Below, piece after piece: positions 32,429 to 42,321 of a DNA stretch of 52,039 nt. Made by a program: the position numbers and the translations under genes. The notes beneath the pieces are model-generated. The model was given only the letters and a program-made list of their open reading frames with translations. It was not told where the DNA came from and searched no databases. The DNA is taken from contig CAZDXV010000003.1 in NCBI GenBank assembly GCA_964509645.1, positions 1-52,039 of the forward strand, given 5' to 3'. The DNA is from an uncultured Candidatus Saccharibacteria bacterium (lineage in GTDB: Bacteria > Patescibacteriota > Minisyncoccia > Minisyncoccales > GWA2-38-27). The number at the start of each line of letters is the position of its first letter. The stretch's first letter is position 1.

Positions 32429-34360
32429 TTAAGGAGTTTCTTTTGGGGGAGTAAGTTGGGTTGGAAGTACCTGATTCAGGAAGCTCCTCCAGATAGGTCC
32501 TGCCAGCACTACAGAGGGCTGGGGAGACATGGGCTTATTATTATTGTTTCCCACCCAGACGCCTACTGTAATAGAGGGGGTGTATCCTATAATCCAGGCG
32601 TCTTTGTAGTCGTTGGTAGTTCCCGTTTTAGCTGCTACGTCATAATTTGGAAAATGCATCAAAGAGTTAGAGCCGAACATGGGAGACCTGGATTTGTTGT
32701 CAGAAAGTATATCCGTAATCATGCGGGCCGTTTCTGTGCTAATAACTTTTCTGGGTGTTTTATTGTTTTCCTCTATAACCTTTCTTTTAGAGTCTTCTAT
32801 TCTAAGAATTGATATTGGAGGGATTCTTGTCCCTTCTCTGGCAAAAACAGAGTAAGCGGAAGTCATATCAAGTAATTTTACCTCTCCTCCCCCTAAAACA
32901 ATAGAAAGACCGTAAAAGGAGGGGTCTCTGTTTAGGGTGGTAATACCCATTTTTTTAGCGGTTTCTATGCTATCTCTCTGTCCCGCCAAGTAAGCCAAAA
33001 CCTTTACAGAGGGCACGTTTAAAGATTGGGCTAGAGCCTGCCTTAAAGTAACAGGGCCTCTGAATCTCCCATCATAATTTTGAGGAATATAGTGTTTTCC
33101 TCCATAAATTCCAAAATCTGTTTTTTCGTCTATTACAATGTAATCATCCTCATACCCCTTTTCGAAGGCCGTAGCGTAGACAAAAGGCTTAAAAGAAGAG
33201 CCTGGCTGTCTGCCCGTTCCATAGGCTGCCACATTAACCTTAGGATCAAATAAGCAGTTTTTTCCGGAAACGCAACCTTCGGGGTAGGGTTCTCCAAACC
33301 AATCAGCGGATCCTATCATAGAAAGAATTTCTCCTGTTTCAGAGTCTATAGCCACCAAAGCTCCGTTATGAGCATTGGCCCAAGCATTATTCTTTATTCC
33401 TTCCTCAACTGATTTCTGGGCTTTTTGATGTAATTCCCAATCCAAAGAAGTGTAAATCTTAAGCCCCTCTCTTTCTAAATATTCTTTTCCGTATTTTTCG
33501 GATAATTCATTTAAAACATAAAAGACAAAATGAGGAGCTTTTACGGATTGGGATATTTCAGAGAAAACAAGCTCCTCTTCCTGATATCCTTCTTTTTCTT
33601 CTTCTGTTATAACGTGCTCTTGAGCCATTCTTTTTAAAACATAGTTTTTTCTTTTCAAAAGATCTTCTTTGTTCTGCCCATAAGGGGAGTAATAGCTTGG
33701 AGCCTGAATCATAGCAGCCAAGGAAGCAGATTCTGACACAGTAAGGTCTCGGGCTTCTTTATTAAAATAGGCCTTAGAAGCTGCTTGGATTCCGTAGAGG
33801 TTGGGGCCGAAGGGAACCTGGTTTAAATACCACTCTAAAATTTGATCTTTGGAATACTTTCTTTCTAATTCTAAGGTAAGGATAGCTTCTCTAGCCTTTC
33901 TTTTTATTGTTTTTTCTAAAGTTAGAAAAGTAGATCTTATTAACTGTTGAGATATGGTAGATCCTCCATAAACCGGTTCCCCTATTTTTAAATTAATCTT
34001 TATAGCCCTTATAATTCCTTGAAAGTCAATTCCAACATGAGAATAAAAGTTTGCATCTTCTGTAACGATAACAGCTTTTTTAAAGTGGTCAGGCATTTCA
34101 TCTAAAGAAATGATCTCTCTTTTTTCTTCGCCATATAGCTCATAGAGAAGAGTTTCTCCCTTTCGGTCGTAGATTTTGGTGGATTGGGCAAATACTCTTT
34201 CGGTGAACTTCTCCGGTCTGGGAAGGTCTTTTGCGTAGTAGATAAACAAAAAAGCTCCCGCGAACACGGCAAAACATATTAAAGCGAAAAAACTGAAAAC
34301 AAAAGAATAAAGAATTTTCTTTCTTTTATATAATTTTCTCTTATATTTTCTCTTAGCCAT
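32429..34360 (-). CDS. Class A penicillin-binding protein (bifunctional GT51 transglycosylase / transpeptidase)
   Basis: N-terminal TM. GT51 motifs (EDANFYSHVGID; GGSTISQQL). Transpeptidase SSFKPF (SxxK) and KTGTTND (KTG). Confidence 0.85.
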   Translation of the reverse strand: MAKRKYKRKLYKRKKILYSFVFSFFALICFAVFAGAFLFIYYAKDLPRPEKFTERVFAQSTKIYDRKGETLLYELYGEEKREIISLDEMPDHFKKAVIVTEDANFYSHVGIDFQGIIRAIKINLKIGEPVYGGSTISQQLIRSTFLTLEKTIKRKAREAILTLELERKYSKDQILEWYLNQVPFGPNLYGIQAASKAYFNKEARDLTVSESASLAAMIQAPSYYSPYGQNKEDLLKRKNYVLKRMAQEHVITEEEKEGYQEEELVFSEISQSVKAPHFVFYVLNELSEKYGKEYLEREGLKIYTSLDWELHQKAQKSVEEGIKNNAWANAHNGALVAIDSETGEILSMIGSADWFGEPYPEGCVSGKNCLFDPKVNVAAYGTGRQPGSSFKPFVYATAFEKGYEDDYIVIDEKTDFGIYGGKHYIPQNYDGRFRGPVTLRQALAQSLNVPSVKVLAYLAGQRDSIETAKKMGITTLNRDPSFYGLSIVLGGGEVKLLDMTSAYSVFAREGTRIPPISILRIEDSKRKVIEENNKTPRKVISTETARMITDILSDNKSRSPMFGSNSLMHFPNYDVAAKTGTTNDYKDAWIIGYTPSITVGVWVGNNNNKPMSPQPSVVLAGPIWRSFLNQVLPTQLTPPKETP

Positions 34361-34399
34361 AATTTACTTTTTATTTCTTTTATTCTAGAATAAAATTGT

Positions 34400-35575
34400 A
34401 TGGAAATAAAGACAGAGGAAGCTTTATCAAGGTGGGCGGATAAGATCTATCCTTCTAAAAAAGAGTTTCTTAAGGCTTTTAAAGAAAAGAAACTCGTTTT
34501 TTATCACGGCATAGATCCTACGTCTCCCGATCTTCACTTAGGGCATTCAACTAATCTTTTTTTACTCAAAAAGTTTCAGGAAGCAGGCCACAAAATTATA
34601 CTTTTGATCGGAGATTTTACAGCTCAAATAGGAGATCCTACGGGAAAATCTTCTGTTCGAAAATCTTTAACCAAAAAAGAAGTCTTTGAAAATTTTAGAA
34701 CCTATAAGAATCAGGCAGCAAAAATCTTGGATTTTAAATCTAAGAAAAATCCCGTGATCTTGAAATTCAACAGCAAGTGGTATGAAAAAATGGGAATGGA
34801 AAACGCAATAAATCTTTTGGCCAGCTATACTCATGGAAAAATGATAAAGAGAAAAATGTTTCAAGAAAGACTGAAAAAAGATCAAGAGATATATCTTCAT
34901 GAGTTTCTTTATCCTCTTTTGCAGGGATACGATTCTGTAGCTATGGATGTTGACGGAGAGGTAGGGGGAACAGATCAGACCTTTAATATGCTTGTAGGAA
35001 GAGAACTTCTTAAAAGACATAAAAAGAAAGAGAAGTTTGTAGTAACTACATCCTTGCTGGAAAACCCAAAAACAAAGAAAAAGCTGATGTCTAAGAGCGA
35101 AGGAGGTTATATCTCGCTTCAGGACAAGCCCAAAGAAATGTTCGGCAAGGTTATGGCTTTGCCAGACGAGGTTGTAGATTCTGTTTTCAAGTATTGTACA
35201 GAAGTTTCTTTGAAGGAAGTAAAAAAGATATCTAACCCTAAGGATAAAAAAACTAAGCTGGCTGAAGAGCTGGTTGCTTTTTATCATGGAGAAAATAAAG
35301 CTCAAAGAGAAAAAAAAGAATTTGACAGGGTTTTTAGGCAAAAAGAAGCTCCAAAAGATATTCCCGAAATTAAGATAAAAGAAAAGAAACTTTCTATACT
35401 GGATCTTCTGGTAAAAACCGGACTAGCCTCTTCCAAGGCGGAAGCTAAAAGATTAATTGAACAGGGAGGGGTAAGAATTGACGAAAAAACTTTAAAAGAT
35501 TGGAAGGAAAAAGTAGAAATTAAAAAAGGAACCGTAATAAACGTAGGCAAAAGAAAGTTTGTCAAAGTTAAATAA
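34400..35575 (+). CDS. tyrS: Tyrosyl-tRNA synthetase with C-terminal S4 domain
   Basis: HIGH-class motif DLHLGH and KMSKS motif (KKLMSKSEG). C-terminal S4-like (LDLLVKTGLASSKAEAKRLIEQGGVRID). Confidence 0.85.
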   Translation: MEIKTEEALSRWADKIYPSKKEFLKAFKEKKLVFYHGIDPTSPDLHLGHSTNLFLLKKFQEAGHKIILLIGDFTAQIGDPTGKSSVRKSLTKKEVFENFRTYKNQAAKILDFKSKKNPVILKFNSKWYEKMGMENAINLLASYTHGKMIKRKMFQERLKKDQEIYLHEFLYPLLQGYDSVAMDVDGEVGGTDQTFNMLVGRELLKRHKKKEKFVVTTSLLENPKTKKKLMSKSEGGYISLQDKPKEMFGKVMALPDEVVDSVFKYCTEVSLKEVKKISNPKDKKTKLAEELVAFYHGENKAQREKKEFDRVFRQKEAPKDIPEIKIKEKKLSILDLLVKTGLASSKAEAKRLIEQGGVRIDEKTLKDWKEKVEIKKGTVINVGKRKFVKVK

Positions 35576-35577
35576 TC

Positions 35578-35991
35578 ATGGAAGAAGCCGAAGATTTTAT
35601 TAATTTAGGAATAGTTTTAGACGATAAAAACAGAGTTCTTATGATAAAAAGGGCTATAAAAGAAAAAGGCAGAGACAGTTCTGTTCTAGAGTGGGCTTTC
35701 CCCGGAGGAAAACAAAAGCTTAAAGAAAGCAGAGAGGAATGTGTTAAGAGGGAGATATTAGACGAAACGGGATATGATGTTGATTCAATTAAGCAGATTT
35801 CTGTTAGAATGCATCCTCAATTTCCTGTAGCTGTTGTTTACCATTTATGCAGGCTTAATTCTGAGAAACCTTCCGCTGAGCCGAAAGAAGCTCACGAAGT
35901 AGCTGAGATAAAATGGGTTGAAGTTTTCAAGATGCGGGATTTGATAACCACAAACCTTGACCCCGGCGTAGCTAAAGAATTAGAAATTTAA
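35578..35991 (+). CDS. NUDIX hydrolase
   Basis: Nudix box GGKQKLKESREECVKREILDETG (GX5EX7REVXEEXG). Confidence 0.75.
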   Translation: MEEAEDFINLGIVLDDKNRVLMIKRAIKEKGRDSSVLEWAFPGGKQKLKESREECVKREILDETGYDVDSIKQISVRMHPQFPVAVVYHLCRLNSEKPSAEPKEAHEVAEIKWVEVFKMRDLITTNLDPGVAKELEI

Positions 35992-36497
35992 GAGATTCTT
36001 ATATTGCTTTCTGACTTTATAATATAGCAAAGAGCTATTCCTAGAGCGTCAGTAGCATCATCTTTTCTTTTGTTTTTGTCTTTTGGTTTTTCTTCTAAGT
36101 TAAGTATGGTCTGGATCATTTTCTGGACTTGTTTTTTTTCAGCTCTTCCATATCCGGTAATAGTCATTTTTACTTGCAGGGGAGTGAATTCATAAACAGG
36201 GATTTTCTTTTTAGCCGCTGTTAGGAGAACTACCCCCTTTGCCTGAGAAACAGGCATGACGGTTTTAAGATTTTTAAAAAAATAAAGACTTTCTACAGCT
36301 AAAACTTCGGGTTTGTATTTTCTAATAAGGCCGTTTAATTCGTTATTTATTCTTTTTAATCTTTCTGAGTCGGAAAAACAGGGCTCTGTGGTAATACAGC
36401 CGTAAGCTAGAGTTTTAACGTCTCTTGCGTTTTTTCCCTTTTTAATAACCCCGAAACCCATAGTAGCGGTTCCGGGATCTATTCCTATAACAATCAT
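35988..36497 (-). CDS. ruvC: Holliday junction resolvase RuvC
   Basis: MIVIGIDPGTATMGFGVI N-terminus, catalytic acidic residues. Downstream of yebC as in many bacteria. Confidence 0.85.
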   Translation of the reverse strand: MIVIGIDPGTATMGFGVIKKGKNARDVKTLAYGCITTEPCFSDSERLKRINNELNGLIRKYKPEVLAVESLYFFKNLKTVMPVSQAKGVVLLTAAKKKIPVYEFTPLQVKMTITGYGRAEKKQVQKMIQTILNLEEKPKDKNKRKDDATDALGIALCYIIKSESNIRIS

Positions 36498-37207
36498 AGT
36501 TTAAGATTTGAATAAATATCCTGGACGGAGTCATTTTCGTCCAGCTGCTCAAAAAGTTTCTGGCAGGCCTTCTTTTCCTCAACTTCTATTTCTTCTTTCG
36601 GAACCCAATCTAAGGAGGCAGACTTTATTTTAATATTTTTTTTCTCTAAATCGTCTTTTACTTTATCAAGTTCGTCAGGTTTTGTGTAAACATCAAGAAG
36701 GGCGTCTGTTGTGTAAATGTCTTCTGCCCCGGCATCTATGAGAGACAATTCTATTTCTTCTTTGTTTTTTCCTTCGGGATCTATTGTAATTACCCCTTTT
36801 CTGTTGAAAAGCCACTTAACAGAGCCTTCGTCTGCTAATTTTCCTTTGTTTTGGTTTAAAATTTGCTTTATTTCTTCTAGTGTTCTGTTTTTGTTATCTG
36901 TTATCCCCTCTATTATTAAAGCTATTCCTCCGGGACCGTAGGCCTCATAAGTGACATTTTCAAGTTTTCCTCCTTCTATTTCTCCTGTTCCTCTTTTAAT
37001 GGCCCTTTCAACATTGTCTTTGGGCATATTAAAACCCTTGGCTTTGTCCAAAGCTTGTCTTAGTTTAGGGTTTTTTTCAGGATCTCCTCCTCCTTCTCTG
37101 GCAGCTACGGAAATCAGGCGGGAGACTTTAGAGAAAGCCTTGCTTCTCTTGGCGTCTTCTCTCCCTTTTTGGTGTTTAATTGACGACCAGTGACTGTGTC
37201 CGCTCAT
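36494..37207 (-). CDS. YebC/PmpR-family transcriptional regulatory protein
   Basis: MSGHSHWSSIKHQKGREDAKRSKAFSKVSRLISVAAREGGGDPEKNPKLRQALDKAK is the family signature. Confidence 0.85.
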   Translation of the reverse strand: MSGHSHWSSIKHQKGREDAKRSKAFSKVSRLISVAAREGGGDPEKNPKLRQALDKAKGFNMPKDNVERAIKRGTGEIEGGKLENVTYEAYGPGGIALIIEGITDNKNRTLEEIKQILNQNKGKLADEGSVKWLFNRKGVITIDPEGKNKEEIELSLIDAGAEDIYTTDALLDVYTKPDELDKVKDDLEKKNIKIKSASLDWVPKEEIEVEEKKACQKLFEQLDENDSVQDIYSNLKL

Positions 37208-37607
37208 TAATGTATGTCTCCTTTTTGATGCAATTTATAAAAGCTCCTATCTTGTTTTTTTAAATCTTGTAAGCACCTTTTTGTTTAAAGATTTCATTTT
37301 CTTCTTTAAGTCTACTAAAATAAATCTCTTTTGTCTATTTTTTAAGAACCTATTAACAAGTTTTCCACATAGTTTTTGACAGCCCTAAGATAAGGGGTAA
37401 AATAAATTAAGAAATTGCTGAAGCCAATAAAAAACCGTTCTAAAATATTTATTCCCCTCGTTTAGCTTTATCATTCCAGCTACATCAGAGCTCAACAATC
37501 TAAAGAGAGTTCTCTGCTCCTTCAGAAAAAACTCTTAAGAGCCTCTAAAAGAAAATTTCTTTAAGAAGATGTCTAATATTCCACTACAATAACGGAAAAT
37601 GTAGGTA

Positions 37608-38330
37608 ATGTACTTATTCTTAGGGCTTAAAAAAATGATAAACGAAAAAAGGTTTTCTATATTAATACCGGCTTTTAACGAAGAGAAAAACATTCTTCCG
37701 TTGTATAATTCTCTTAAGAAAAATCTTAGCCAGATTGATTACGAAATTATTTTTATTGACGATGGTTCTACGGATGATACTCGCAAATCCTTAAAGGAAA
37801 TTAAAGACAAAAAAGTTAGGGTTATAGGTTTTAAAAAAAACAAAGGAAAGTCCCTCGCTCTTTTTTACGGCATTAAAGAAGCAAGAAGTGAAATCATAGC
37901 CACTATTGATGCGGATTTACAGATTAATCCCAGAGATGTTATTTTTCTTTTTAAAAAGTTAAAGAGAAAAAATTGTGATCTTATTTGCGGTTGGCGCTAC
38001 AAAAGAAAAGATAAGCTTTCTAAGAAGATTTTTTCTTGGGCGGGTAATATCTTGATAAATACGGTTTTTCACCTCAAAATCCACGATAATGATTGTCCTC
38101 TAAAAGTGTTTAAAAAATCTTGTTTTGATGGGTTCGTTTTTTTTGAAAACTTTCATCGGTTTATTCCCCCTTTGCTTAAAAATAAAGGTTATAAAATTTG
38201 CGAGGAAAAAATAGATCACTATCCGCGCCTTTACGGCAAGTCCAAATATGGTATTATAAACAGAGTTATTGGGAACCTGAAGACTCTTATTAAATTAAAG
38301 TATAAAATTGTTTCTGGAAAATGGAGCTAA
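37608..38330 (+). CDS. Family-2 glycosyltransferase (polyprenyl-phosphate mannose/glucose synthase, Dpm1/GtrB-like)
   Basis: FSILIPAFNEEKNI...EIIFIDDGSTDDT...DADLQ motifs of GT2 DPM1-like enzymes. Likely real start at MINEKRF (37635). Confidence 0.75.
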   Translation: MYLFLGLKKMINEKRFSILIPAFNEEKNILPLYNSLKKNLSQIDYEIIFIDDGSTDDTRKSLKEIKDKKVRVIGFKKNKGKSLALFYGIKEARSEIIATIDADLQINPRDVIFLFKKLKRKNCDLICGWRYKRKDKLSKKIFSWAGNILINTVFHLKIHDNDCPLKVFKKSCFDGFVFFENFHRFIPPLLKNKGYKICEEKIDHYPRLYGKSKYGIINRVIGNLKTLIKLKYKIVSGKWS

Positions 38331-38593
38331 ACTTTTGGATTATTTTCGGTTTTGCTGCTCAAGGCTGTTTTTTTATGAGGTTCTTTCTTCAATGGATAGC
38401 CTCTGAAAAAAAGAAAAAAAGCGTAATGCCTGTCTATTTCTGGTATTTTAGCTTGGCCGGAGGAGCAGGTCTTTTTATCTACGCTATTCATATAAAAGAT
38501 ATTGTTTTTATTCTTGGGCAAGGCTTGGGCATATTTTTTTATCTGCGCAATCTAATATTAATCTACAAAGAGAAGAATAAAAACTCTTTTTAA
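38321..38593 (+). CDS. Small 2-3 TM membrane protein, LAB_N (lipid-A-biosynthesis N-terminal domain)-like, partner of the GT2
   Basis: FGFAAQGCFFMRFFLQWIASEKKKKSVMPVYFWYFSLAGGAGLFIYA resembles the PF07578 pattern (..RF..QW..SE...S..P..FW..S..G). Confidence 0.45.
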   Translation: MELNFWIIFGFAAQGCFFMRFFLQWIASEKKKKSVMPVYFWYFSLAGGAGLFIYAIHIKDIVFILGQGLGIFFYLRNLILIYKEKNKNSF

Positions 38594-38607
38594 GGAGATT
38601 TTTAAAA

Positions 38608-39471
38608 ATGGGGGACAAAACAAAAATAGGTATAATTGGAATGGGTTTTGTCGGTAAAATTACCTCAAAAGCTTTTTCAAAAGCATGTGAAGTTTTTCCC
38701 TATGATAAGTATAAAATTCGTTATTCTAAAAAAGAAGATCTTAAGAAGGCAGATATGATTTTTATCTGCGTACCGACCCCCTTAGATGAGAAAAACGGCA
38801 ATGTGATGGATCTGTCTGCTATTTACGAATCAATGGATTTAATAAGTTCTCTTTTTTCAAAAAAAGGCCCCCTAGTAGTAATTCGTTCAACTTTTGTTCC
38901 CGGAACCACAGATTTTCTTGAAAAAAAGTATCCCAACCTTCAATTCGTTGTCAATCCAGAGTTTTTAAGAGAAAAGAGCAGTGTCCAGGATTTTTTAGGC
39001 TCTAGCAGGATTGTTATCGGGGCTAAAAACAAAAGGCAATCTAAGCCCTTGGAATCTCTTTACAGGAAAATTATTCCTAATGCTGAATATATCAAAACTG
39101 ATCCTAAAACAGCTGAGAGCATAAAATGCGCTTCCAATCTTTTTTTAGCAGGACAAATTGCTTTAGCTAACGAGATTTATCAAGTTTGCCAAGTCTTAAA
39201 TGTGAATTATGATTTTTTAAAGAAAACATTGTTGCTTGATAAAAGAATTGCTAGGAATATAGATGTTCCAGGTCCCGATGGCAACTTGGGATTTGGCGGG
39301 AAGTGTTTTCCCAAGGATGTTAGGGCGATGATTTCTTGTTCAGAAAAAAAGGGGTATGACCCGGTTTTACTAAAGAAAATATGGAAATTTAACCAAGAGA
39401 TTCGAGGCAAAAAAGACTGGCGTGATATACCGGGAGCTGTTTCCGAGAATAAAAAGTTTAGGAACAGCTAA
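38608..39471 (+). CDS. UDP-glucose/GDP-mannose dehydrogenase-family protein lacking the C-terminal UDP-binding domain
   Basis: Rossmann GIIGMGFVGK, NPEFLREKSSVQDF, catalytic-Cys motif GFGGKCFPKD. Only 287 aa versus ~400-440 for full-length enzymes. Confidence 0.6.
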   Translation: MGDKTKIGIIGMGFVGKITSKAFSKACEVFPYDKYKIRYSKKEDLKKADMIFICVPTPLDEKNGNVMDLSAIYESMDLISSLFSKKGPLVVIRSTFVPGTTDFLEKKYPNLQFVVNPEFLREKSSVQDFLGSSRIVIGAKNKRQSKPLESLYRKIIPNAEYIKTDPKTAESIKCASNLFLAGQIALANEIYQVCQVLNVNYDFLKKTLLLDKRIARNIDVPGPDGNLGFGGKCFPKDVRAMISCSEKKGYDPVLLKKIWKFNQEIRGKKDWRDIPGAVSENKKFRNS

Positions 39472-39472
39472 A

Positions 39473-40987
39473 ATGCTTATTGGTTTTTTAAGAAAAAATA
39501 AACACCTAATTATTGCTCTTTTTTTGGTGTTATTTTTTTTAACAATAAATATATTTACCTTAAAGAATTATGGCGAAACAATAGACGAAGCTTTTTCTGT
39601 AATGCGGGGAAAGAGAACAATAGAATATATCTCAAAAGTTTTTGAAACAGGCGATTTCAGTTTTGAAATATGGAACAAACAAATAGAATCTCACCCGCCC
39701 TTTTTTGCTACTATTAATCACTTATTTTCAATTTTTGGAAGAAAGTATCTTGGACTAGGCTACATCGATTCTTGCCACCTTCTTATTGTAATAACATACT
39801 CTATAGGTTTGTTTTTCCTTTTTCTTCTTGCCAGATCTATGCTTGGCGATAAAATAGGCCTCTATGCTTTAGTTTTTACAATGCTTTATCCTCGGTTAAT
39901 TGCTCATTCCCACTACAACCAAAAAGATATTCCGGTTATGGTTCTTATGATAATCTCTTTGTATTTTCTTTATTCTTCTTTTAAAAGTAAAAAAAGATAC
40001 CTGCCGATTTTAGCCGGTCTCTTTGCCGGGATGAGTATTGCTTCTAAGATAACAGGAGTTTTTATAGTACCGATTATCTTTTCAGCTTTAATTTTTTACT
40101 GGATATTTAAAAAAAGGCCTCCTTCTAAAAGAATTCTGACAAAGTTAGCTGTTTTTCTGCTCTTTGCGGGAATTTCAATATTTATTTTATGGCCCTATAT
40201 GTGGGGGGATCCTCTTTTTCTGGTAAAGTCTTTGAGTCATTTTTCAGGAGAATTTACCTATACAAAAACCATTTACTTTGGAACAACCTATCTTGCCAGT
40301 GAAGTTCCCTGGCACTATGTTCTTTTTTCTGTCTTTGTTATGACGCCGATAATTGTTTTAGTGTTGTCTCTAGTTGGATTTTACAAGCTTTTAAGAAGAA
40401 ATCTTCTGGAGTTTTTTATTCTTTTTTTCTGGTTTTTCATCCCCATAGTAGTATTTATAGGCTTTGTTGATTTAAGATATAGCATGAACAGGCACCTTTT
40501 CTTTATTGTTCCTTCTTTAACTATTGCTGCCGGGGTTGGCTTAGATCGATTTTTATCTAAAATAAGAGAAAACAGCAAAAAAACAGCCCTAATAGTCCTT
40601 TTTATTATAATTGTTTTTCTATTAAGAGAGGTTGTTATTATTCATCCCTTTGAGCAGACTCATGTTAATGGTTTGGTGAGACTGTTGGTGCCGGACAATC
40701 TCGAGAAGGAATTTCTTCTTGCTCATTGGGGCTCTGTTTACAGAAAAGGCAACGAATGGATAAACGAAAACGCCGAACCAGGTTCTCGCATTTGTTTTTC
40801 TGGGCCGCAACATGTTACTTGGAATCTTCCTAAAAGAGAAGATCTTACTTTTGGATGTGACGAGAAAAGTGATTATTTCCTAATGGCATCCTGCTATGGC
40901 TCAGAATATGATTATCCTATAGTCCACAAAATATCAATTTATGGAAAGACCGATATATTCTATATCAAATCAAACAAAGATAATTAG
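39473..40987 (+). CDS. GT-C fold polytopic membrane glycosyltransferase (ArnT/PMT-like)
   Basis: More than 10 TM helices, a periplasmic-loop acidic residue near TM1 (ETIDEAF), and a C-terminal soluble domain. Starts 1 nt after the upstream stop. Confidence 0.5.
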   Translation: MLIGFLRKNKHLIIALFLVLFFLTINIFTLKNYGETIDEAFSVMRGKRTIEYISKVFETGDFSFEIWNKQIESHPPFFATINHLFSIFGRKYLGLGYIDSCHLLIVITYSIGLFFLFLLARSMLGDKIGLYALVFTMLYPRLIAHSHYNQKDIPVMVLMIISLYFLYSSFKSKKRYLPILAGLFAGMSIASKITGVFIVPIIFSALIFYWIFKKRPPSKRILTKLAVFLLFAGISIFILWPYMWGDPLFLVKSLSHFSGEFTYTKTIYFGTTYLASEVPWHYVLFSVFVMTPIIVLVLSLVGFYKLLRRNLLEFFILFFWFFIPIVVFIGFVDLRYSMNRHLFFIVPSLTIAAGVGLDRFLSKIRENSKKTALIVLFIIIVFLLREVVIIHPFEQTHVNGLVRLLVPDNLEKEFLLAHWGSVYRKGNEWINENAEPGSRICFSGPQHVTWNLPKREDLTFGCDEKSDYFLMASCYGSEYDYPIVHKISIYGKTDIFYIKSNKDN

Positions 40988-42321
40988 CTTAGGAAGCGTA
41001 TTATAGGGCCATATATTTTATCAAGGATATTTTCTCCAAGAGGTAATCCGTAGATTAAGGGAGCGAGTAAAAGGAAAAACAAAACAATAGAGACCAAGAA
41101 CGCTAGAGAAAAGTAAGCAGGTAGACGCTCTTTAATAAATTTCTCGTAAATAATAGAGAGAACGATTATTCCAAAAAGAAGAGATGGCAGATAATGATAA
41201 AGAAAAGTTACTCTGGTTATTGCCAAAAAAGGAATTAGATTTAAGAAGAAGCCAGCCGTAAAAAAATAAACAGAAGAAGGGAGTTTTTCTCTCAGCTTTT
41301 TTTTAAAAAAGAAAACAACAGCTGTTGCTATTCCAGCCAGAATGCTCCACCAGATTAAGGGATTAGCTATAAGATAAATGTTAGCGGTTTTAGAATCCAT
41401 CTTTTTTGACCAGTACCATATAGAGCCTTTTCCTAGGATCCATTGATGCCACCCGCTACCGAAAGGGTGCCCCGCCTCTAGCTCGGCACTATGCCTATGC
41501 ATAGTTTTATTAAGTTCTATAAACTTTTCCAAGTCTCCCATGCTTTCTTTGCCCTCTAAACTTTCTTGGAATCTTGGGCTCATAAAAGCGTCTCCTGTTC
41601 CGGGCTTGTATAAGATTTTAAAATGGACAAAGAAAACGGCAAAATAGGTTATAAGAAAAACTAAAGCCAGAAGCATTAGTTTTAGAACCGCATCTTTATT
41701 TTTAATTGCTTCTAAAAAGGTAAAAATAAAAATTAGCCCAAAAAAGGTGAGTCCGGTCCACTTAATGCTAAAAGAAAGAGTTGCAAAAAAAACAGCCGCC
41801 AGAAGAATGTATAGTTTTCTTTTTTTCTGCCAGTCAAAAAGCAAATATAGAGATAAGAAGCCAAAAAATAAAAGAAAAATATCCACTAAAACAAATTTTG
41901 ATTGAGCTAATAGAGTTGAGCTAAAGAGAGTTAAAAAGCCCGCCAAAAAAGCGGTTTTTTTAGAAAGGTCTATTTTAAGGGCCAGCTTATAAATTAGGAT
42001 TACCAATAAGGTTCCTGTTAGGGCGGGCAAAAATCTTAAAAGGAATATTTCACCGCTGTTTACAGCTTCTCCTATATTAGAAAAAGCAGCTTCGGGACTT
42101 AGACCAAAAATTCTTACAAAACCGGCAATAAGCATTTTCCCCAAAGGAGGGTGAATATCAAAATAGTACTGATTGTTAAAATAATAGCTCACAAATTTCC
42201 CAAAATGAACTTCGTCAAAGACAGCTTCTGAAGGATAAGCTAAAAATATAAAGCGAGTTAAAAAAGCTGACGCTGTCAAAAAGAAGAGAGGCCATCTTTT
42301 TTTAATATATTTAATTATCAT
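40984..42321 (-). CDS. GT39-family protein O-mannosyltransferase (PMT)-like membrane protein
   Basis: Loop-1 signature DEVHFGKFVSYYFNNQYYFDIHPPLGK matches the DE..F......YF.DVHPPL.K motif of Pmt enzymes. Polytopic. Confidence 0.65.
   Translation of the reverse strand: MIIKYIKKRWPLFFLTASAFLTRFIFLAYPSEAVFDEVHFGKFVSYYFNNQYYFDIHPPLGKMLIAGFVRIFGLSPEAAFSNIGEAVNSGEIFLLRFLPALTGTLLVILIYKLALKIDLSKKTAFLAGFLTLFSSTLLAQSKFVLVDIFLLFFGFLSLYLLFDWQKKRKLYILLAAVFFATLSFSIKWTGLTFFGLIFIFTFLEAIKNKDAVLKLMLLALVFLITYFAVFFVHFKILYKPGTGDAFMSPRFQESLEGKESMGDLEKFIELNKTMHRHSAELEAGHPFGSGWHQWILGKGSIWYWSKKMDSKTANIYLIANPLIWWSILAGIATAVVFFFKKKLREKLPSSVYFFTAGFFLNLIPFLAITRVTFLYHYLPSLLFGIIVLSIIYEKFIKERLPAYFSLAFLVSIVLFFLLLAPLIYGLPLGENILDKIYGPIIRFLS

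Noticed and set aside
34667-35565. Antisense ORFs (224 aa and 87 aa) within tyrS
   Set aside because: They are entirely internal to a CDS with strong synthetase motifs, have low-complexity products, and are typical AT-rich antisense frames.
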